From a virus (lineage: Duplodnaviria; Caudoviricetes), in IMG/VR virus record IMGVR_UViG_3300031963_000080, positions 15,032 through 79,031 of that record: a DNA stretch of 64,000 bases; one strand, 5' to 3'. A model generated the notes under the pieces. It was not told where the DNA came from. It did no database searches and was given only the letters and a program-made list of their open reading frames with translations. The position numbers and the translations under genes are program-made. Within the stretch, counting starts at the first letter, position 1, and each line of letters opens with the position of its first letter. This document shows positions 58,607 to 64,000 of this stretch, one piece after another.

Positions 58607-59980
58607 TCAAGGAGTTCCAAATGGATTTTTTTCACTAAAGTCAACTATTACATTTGCTTCTTCTTGTATTTCTTTATTTTGAGCGAACGGATCGATTAGA
58701 TTATCGGCTGTAACAATTTTTATTTCATAAGTTGCACTAGATGCTGATCCTACTAATGTTTCTCCTGGGATAAAATCACCTGTTATATTAGACAATTCTA
58801 ATTTGTTTGTTGTAGAATTCCAAGCTTTAACTCTTGCAGTGTAACCAGATTGGGAGCCGATGACAGTCTCATTATATCTATATGTACCATATCCAACTAC
58901 ATAAGGACTTTGTATTTGGATAATTGGATTTTCCGTATATCCAATTCCAGTAGTTATAATTCCAATTCTTGTAACAACTCCATTTTCTATTATTGCTCTC
59001 GCTTGTGCAGATATTGAAGAAATTCCAATAAATTGTACTGTTGGCTCAATTGTGTATCCGGATCCACCATTTGTTACTGAAATGTTACCCACTATCCCAT
59101 CTCCAATGGAAGCCACTGCCGTTGCTCCCTTTCCCCCACCACCATAAAAAGCAATAGTTGGGGGGGAAGTGTACCCATAACCAGCATTTGTAATTTCTAC
59201 TCCCTGAACTCTAAACAAACTAGAATCAGGTTCGCACAAATCAACTATTCCTCCAATCATTGTTGCTATTCCAGTTGCTGTCTGCCCAGAAATTGGAATT
59301 CCAAACTTTACTTGTGGTGCAGACTTATATCCTTCTCCTCTATTTGTAATTTTTACGAATGTCACGCCACCATTTACTATAGTGGCAGTTGCTGTCGCGG
59401 ACACTCCAGCACCAATCATATCAAAAGTCTGGATATAGCCTTGCTTCTCTACATTATCATCTATGAATTCTATTCCAGTATCAACTAGTTCGTCTTGGTA
59501 TCTGAATAGTTCGCATCTCAATGTATAAACATAAGTTTGTTGAAGTTGATAAAATGGTACTTCATGCTCAACAAATTTAATTTCAAATAACCTATCACCC
59601 AAAGGAAAATATATCAAATCTCCTTCTTTTGGTCTTGTCGCTAATTCGACATTAGATTGATTTTTTATTAGTGGTGAAATATAATTTTCAAATCTTTCTT
59701 TTGAGATAATAAGATTCAAATCAGTGTAAGGTTGAACTCCAAATTTTGTAAGTAAAGTTCCAGCACCTTCATATCCATCGTATGTATCAACATACGCCTC
59801 AATGGGATATGCATTATCGAATTCAGATTCTATTACCTCTTTTATAATTGTTTTTTTGGTTAGATACTTTCTGGGAATGTAATATACATCTATTCCATAT
59901 ATTTTTAATTGTTCATTTATGAGATCTTGAATTAGACCTTGTTCGGTTTTTGATCCTTGAAGAAAAAATGGATTTAACAT
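58607..59980 (-). CDS. gp14: neck protein with inserted G.GY beta-repeats
   Basis: RPKEGDLIYFP, FEIKFVEHE and DFSEKNPFG motifs. Confidence 0.93.
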   Translation of the reverse strand: MLNPFFLQGSKTEQGLIQDLINEQLKIYGIDVYYIPRKYLTKKTIIKEVIESEFDNAYPIEAYVDTYDGYEGAGTLLTKFGVQPYTDLNLIISKERFENYISPLIKNQSNVELATRPKEGDLIYFPLGDRLFEIKFVEHEVPFYQLQQTYVYTLRCELFRYQDELVDTGIEFIDDNVEKQGYIQTFDMIGAGVSATATATIVNGGVTFVKITNRGEGYKSAPQVKFGIPISGQTATGIATMIGGIVDLCEPDSSLFRVQGVEITNAGYGYTSPPTIAFYGGGGKGATAVASIGDGIVGNISVTNGGSGYTIEPTVQFIGISSISAQARAIIENGVVTRIGIITTGIGYTENPIIQIQSPYVVGYGTYRYNETVIGSQSGYTARVKAWNSTTNKLELSNITGDFIPGETLVGSASSATYEIKIVTADNLIDPFAQNKEIQEEANVIVDFSEKNPFGTP

Positions 59981-59983
59981 ATA

Positions 59984-60799
59984 TTATCCAATGAGATCTA
60001 GTGGAGGAAGCTCATAAGTACTAGACATTCTTTCCATAATAATATCTAATTCTCTTTGGGCATCATCATATATTGGTCTACCATCTAATTCAATTCCTCC
60101 AGGAAGTTTTACTCCTCTAAATTTAATTAAATTTTGTCCCCATTGTCTTTTTATGAGTGCAGTCAAGTATTGCTTTAAAAATGAATCATTCCAAACTTTT
60201 GTTGATTCGGCTGGGTTTAGTGCCCTATAACAATCAATTATAAGAGTTTGTCCTACAGTCACACTAGACCAATCTATATCCAAATACAATCTATCTTCTC
60301 TTTTATTGAATCTGACCTGTTTCTGTGTTGTTAGCAACCAATTAAGGTCTTCCAAGTAAGTTTTCACCATTGAATAAGACAATAATTCAGTCGATCCCCA
60401 ATAATAAACATCATTCAAGAACAATTGATATTTAATACTGAACATTCCACTGGAAATACTATTTGAACCCTCAAATTGAAATATCTTGTTTATTCCAATT
60501 ACATATGAAGGTATTTGCAAATAATTTGCTGTCTCTTTATATTCATAAGTTTTATTTCCAGCAACTGTGGTTATCCCTACTCCTTCTTTTCCTCTTGCTC
60601 TGTCTAAATCTTGTTGTGTGATTTCATATCTTAGTAGAGTTGGAGATACTCCATCAAAATGTCTTTCTTGAAAAAATTGTATTGCATCATCCACCAAATC
60701 TTCTATTTGTTCTTGTGCAACATTAATTTCTAAAACTGGAGCACCCAATTTTCTTAAGCAATAATCAATTAGTTCTTGTCTTGTGGAAGGTTGTGCCAT
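59984..60799 (-). CDS. gp13: neck protein
   Basis: CLRKLGAPVLEINV and KRQWGQNL.KF..LPGG motifs. Confidence 0.96.
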   Translation of the reverse strand: MAQPSTRQELIDYCLRKLGAPVLEINVAQEQIEDLVDDAIQFFQERHFDGVSPTLLRYEITQQDLDRARGKEGVGITTVAGNKTYEYKETANYLQIPSYVIGINKIFQFEGSNSISSGMFSIKYQLFLNDVYYWGSTELLSYSMVKTYLEDLNWLLTTQKQVRFNKREDRLYLDIDWSSVTVGQTLIIDCYRALNPAESTKVWNDSFLKQYLTALIKRQWGQNLIKFRGVKLPGGIELDGRPIYDDAQRELDIIMERMSSTYELPPLDLIG

Positions 60800-60800
60800 G

Positions 60801-60965
60801 TTACAATTTAGATACTACTTCTTGTTGCTTTAAGTATAACTTAATATAAGACTTTGCAAAATTTTTAACAATTTCTATATCATCTATACTATCTATATCT
60901 CTAGATAATTTTTCGTATTCAAACATTTTATTAAAATCTTCTAGAATTATTTTATCTGGATTCAT
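60801..60965 (-). CDS. small helical protein, possibly NblA-like (54 aa)
   Basis: MNPDKIILEDFNKMFEYEKLSRDIDSIDDIEIVKNFAKSYIKLYLKQQEVVSKL; fills the gap before gp13. Confidence 0.6.
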   Translation of the reverse strand: MNPDKIILEDFNKMFEYEKLSRDIDSIDDIEIVKNFAKSYIKLYLKQQEVVSKL

Positions 60966-61176
60966 TTTTTATTTCTAGTAGTAATGTTTTTATTAAATTC
61001 AAATCATCTTTCATTGTTGAAATTTCACACTCAATTTGCCTCATCTTAAAATTTTCTTTTTCTTTGGTATCAGTTGCTTTTATGTGGTTTTCATACTCAA
61101 TTGAATTTATGTTCAATATTGCATTTGTGTTTTTATCTCTAACTAAGTTTGGGTTTCCTTTTACTTTATAATACAT
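60952..61176 (-). CDS. conserved hypothetical protein
   Basis: KV.G..LVRD..T.AILN plus a coiled coil. Confidence 0.75.
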   Translation of the reverse strand: MYYKVKGNPNLVRDKNTNAILNINSIEYENHIKATDTKEKENFKMRQIECEISTMKDDLNLIKTLLLEIKNESR

Positions 61177-61177
61177 A

Positions 61178-63643
61178 TTAGACTACTGAAATTACACGAA
61201 GATCTTTAATTCTTGGTGGATATGTCTGATTTACTGATGTTCCTATGATTTTTATGCTAAATGATTTGAATGGCCCTATAGATTCTGCTGTGAACTCATA
61301 ATCGACAAATGGAGTATTAGTAGAACCGTCTGATATTAATACATCAGTTTTAATTAATTTCGTATCTGGGGAGCCATCATTATTTGATGGATCGATAGTA
61401 ATGCCATTATTCAGATTCAAATATCCAGGAAATGGGAAGTAATTGAGTTTTAAATTATTATCATTTGATACTGAATATAACAATTTAATATCATTGTATA
61501 TATTTACATAGGCAGATAAAATTACCTTTAGACTTTGTGCTGGATTTTCTAGATATATTGGTTTTGTTGCATATACAAATGAAGATGGATCCCCCTCCAG
61601 AGTAGATACCCTATCATCAGTTGAATAATTTTCTATTTTTTTATCAACTCTATTTGAAGTGAGAACTATAGATGTTCTATCGAGAGCAGAAATCACTGGA
61701 GACAATTTTTCATCAATAGATCCCAGAATCATATTCAAATTAAAAGACTTATTTCCAGGCAAAAATGATAATTTTTGACTTTCGTTCAAAGTGGAGCATA
61801 TAACTCTCTGTGAACTCAAATAATTTGTTGCATTTAAATTTATTGACTCAAATCCCTGATCAACAAATGGAGTTTCTATTCCATCCACACTTTTTCCACT
61901 TACTGTTCTTATTGCGGAAGAAATTTCTGTTCTCGGTGGAGAAAAAGTTTGTATATTTGGAATTATTATACCATATTGTATATTTTTTGTTGCTGTTACT
62001 CTCATTCCACCAGAAGATTTTGTTTCTTTTATATAAAGTGGACTAACTACGGTCCTATCTTTTCCATTTGATGGCCCAACTGAAAGCTTTATATTATAGT
62101 AATCCAATCCTATTGGGTCAGATGTCGTTACATCAGATAAATTGTGCGTAGTATTGATTCTTCTTAAGGAAATTCCATTCGATTCATATTTGTATATAGA
62201 AATTCCCAACTCATAAGTTCCTCTTTTTGTTGAATCGACTCCTCTTGTAATTCCTTTCAAGGTATTTCCAGAAACTTCATTATAAGATAAAATTTCACTT
62301 CCAATTAGAATATAACCAAGATTGTTTGAATTTACTGATAGTCCCTCAAATGAAGAAAAATTGGAAGAGTTTTCTACTACAATGTCATTAGTTGAAGATT
62401 CCGTATAAGAATTTAATAATAGAGTTGTTGGAGACAAATCGGAAATTACATTTGAAATTTTTACCACATCACTACTAGAATGCATACCATGATTATAATG
62501 GTTTACTTTTATGTGTTTGCCATCATGTATTTCTATTGGAGCAGATGATAGCAATATGTTTGATCCATTCCCATTTAAATCCGTTGTGATCCCCAAATTA
62601 TTAGTATATCGTATTGTTTTTCCAATACCAGTTTCAAAATTTCCCTGTACTTGGTCTAATATTAATTCATTGTATGCTGAAATATTAGCAACAGACAGCT
62701 TCATATTTCTTCCTAATTTATTAGTTCCTGGTGCATTTATAGTGAGTAAATCGCCTATTTTATATCCAACTCCACCAGAAGAAATAGTTGCACCAGAAGA
62801 AACTACAACTCCATTAGCTATAGTTAAATTTGCAGTTGCATTTTGTCCAGTCCCAGTCAAACTTATCAATGGGACACTAGAATAGTATCCATTTTCATAT
62901 GCCTCTCCATCATCAATTATTGTCAAACCACCGAAAGCTGATCCACCATACCCCACAAAATTTCCAGTTGCGTTAGTGATCGATTGTATTACAGTGTTCC
63001 CAAAAGATAAATTTGGGTCCGATACAGTCTTTGATAGCCCAACTCTGATTTTTTTCGCATTAAATTCTAATGGGTTTTTTAATAGTTTTGATATATTTTC
63101 TTGTTGGTCCAAATCAGAATTATAAAAATTTACAACTCCCCCATCAACAATGTTAAAACTTGCTCTGCGCAGGGTATATTTCAGATCATCATATTGGTTT
63201 GCTGTCCATGTTGATCCACTTTGCGATAAAAAGAGAGAGCCAGAATCCGGCTGTTTATTGACAAAAATTTGCCTAGAATTTATGGCATTATAACTTGCTG
63301 CATCCAATTCTCCCAATCTGGAAATCCAAACTTTATAATCCGAAGAATTCGAAATTACTACCAATGAATGAAATGTTTCTCCAGATAAGTATACTGGAGA
63401 AGGAAATGTAAAAGTAGTTGGCACAGAAGAATTCGAGGAAATATTGACTTCATTTGAATATAATGTTACTTCACTTTCAGGATATACAATAGTATCCGGC
63501 GTTCCCAGCTTCATTGGCCTCAGTTGTACCGTTACTGGTTGTGATGGATCTTTAGAATAAAAATACAAATCAACAGAAGTTACAAATATTCCCGTTTCGG
63601 GAGCAACATAGAATGATTGAGCTAACGGACTTCTAATTTCCAT
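61178..63643 (-). CDS. large virion structural (baseplate/tail-associated, DUF4815-like) protein
   Basis: PLAQSF..GIFVTSVDLYF, GSLFLSQ..TW..DLK and PRIKDLRVI motifs. Confidence 0.75.
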   Translation of the reverse strand: MEIRSPLAQSFYVAPETGIFVTSVDLYFYSKDPSQPVTVQLRPMKLGTPDTIVYPESEVTLYSNEVNISSNSSVPTTFTFPSPVYLSGETFHSLVVISNSSDYKVWISRLGELDAASYNAINSRQIFVNKQPDSGSLFLSQSGSTWTANQYDDLKYTLRRASFNIVDGGVVNFYNSDLDQQENISKLLKNPLEFNAKKIRVGLSKTVSDPNLSFGNTVIQSITNATGNFVGYGGSAFGGLTIIDDGEAYENGYYSSVPLISLTGTGQNATANLTIANGVVVSSGATISSGGVGYKIGDLLTINAPGTNKLGRNMKLSVANISAYNELILDQVQGNFETGIGKTIRYTNNLGITTDLNGNGSNILLSSAPIEIHDGKHIKVNHYNHGMHSSSDVVKISNVISDLSPTTLLLNSYTESSTNDIVVENSSNFSSFEGLSVNSNNLGYILIGSEILSYNEVSGNTLKGITRGVDSTKRGTYELGISIYKYESNGISLRRINTTHNLSDVTTSDPIGLDYYNIKLSVGPSNGKDRTVVSPLYIKETKSSGGMRVTATKNIQYGIIIPNIQTFSPPRTEISSAIRTVSGKSVDGIETPFVDQGFESINLNATNYLSSQRVICSTLNESQKLSFLPGNKSFNLNMILGSIDEKLSPVISALDRTSIVLTSNRVDKKIENYSTDDRVSTLEGDPSSFVYATKPIYLENPAQSLKVILSAYVNIYNDIKLLYSVSNDNNLKLNYFPFPGYLNLNNGITIDPSNNDGSPDTKLIKTDVLISDGSTNTPFVDYEFTAESIGPFKSFSIKIIGTSVNQTYPPRIKDLRVISVV

Positions 63644-63675
63644 TTATATTACCTTTTTTGTATTTATTCTTATGA

Positions 63676-63999
63676 TCATCTTCTTCTGTTACTATTATCA
63701 GATCTAGAGGAAGAAGGTGGAGGATTTTGTCTTGGTGGATCTTGTCTTGGTGGATTTTGTCTTGGGGGATCTTGCCTTGGAGGATTTTGTCTTGGTGGAT
63801 CTTGCCTTGGTGGATCTCGTCTTGGTGGATTTTGTCTTGGGGGATCTTGCCTTGGAGAATTTTGTCTTGGTGAATCTTGCCTTGGAGAATTTTGTCTTGG
63901 TGAATCTTGCCTTGGAGAATTTTGTCTTGGTGGATCTTGTCTTGGTGCAGATCCCGGTCCTTTCACTACATTTGCTCCAGCTTGCTGTAGAGCTTTTAC
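63676..63999 (-). CDS. C-terminus of a gene starting outside the window, ending in pentapeptide repeats
   Basis: Frame is open to the window edge (VKALQQAGANVVKGPGSA-PRQDP...). Confidence 0.75.
   Translation of the reverse strand, partial: VKALQQAGANVVKGPGSAPRQDPPRQNSPRQDSPRQNSPRQDSPRQNSPRQDPPRQNPPRRDPPRQDPPRQNPPRQDPPRQNPPRQDPPRQNPPPSSSRSDNSNRRR
63721..63945 (-). repeat. 15 x 15-bp coding tandem repeat, PR(Q/R)(D/N)(P/S)
   Basis: Units such as CCAAGACAAGATCCA and CCAAGACAAAATTCT. Confidence 0.95.
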
Positions 64000-64000
64000 T

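Noticed and set aside
1326-62885. Many 60-170 aa plus-strand or alternate-frame ORFs in the track
   Set aside because: Nearly all overlap well-supported minus-strand genes and show no recognisable motifs or expression signals
1-64000. Stop-codon reassignment
   Set aside because: Core genes are full length under the standard code, and no suppressor tRNA is seen

Overview
A 64-kb, AT-rich segment of a T4-like cyanomyovirus genome (Kyanoviridae-type), with almost all genes on the minus strand. Right to left it contains: neck, terminase, sheath, tube, portal and head genes (gp13-gp23); uvsY, uvsW, gp55, gp47 and gp46; a cobS/cobT-like pair; clamp and clamp loader, regA, hsp20, gp43, uvsX, gp41 and mazG; a block of putative internal virion proteins; primase and nrdAB; a tRNA cluster; and a nucleotide-sugar cluster (gmd, wcaG-like, colD-like). 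No psbA or hli genes lie in this window, so the cyanophage call rests on gene content and synteny. Two things stand out. (1) A structured RNA at 4766-5185, probably manA-like, is built from four helix or pseudoknot modules, each immediately followed by an 11-nt UGG-initiated segment complementary to a tRNA-type acceptor strand plus NCCA end (Pro-, Ala-, Leu- and probably Arg-type). It is a candidate tRNA-capturing RNA. (2) A 568-bp cassette splits a tRNA-Arg(UCU) gene at its anticodon and carries both a PD-(D/E)XK endonuclease and a divergent, intact replacement tRNA-Arg(UCU). All family names come from motif recognition, not database searches.
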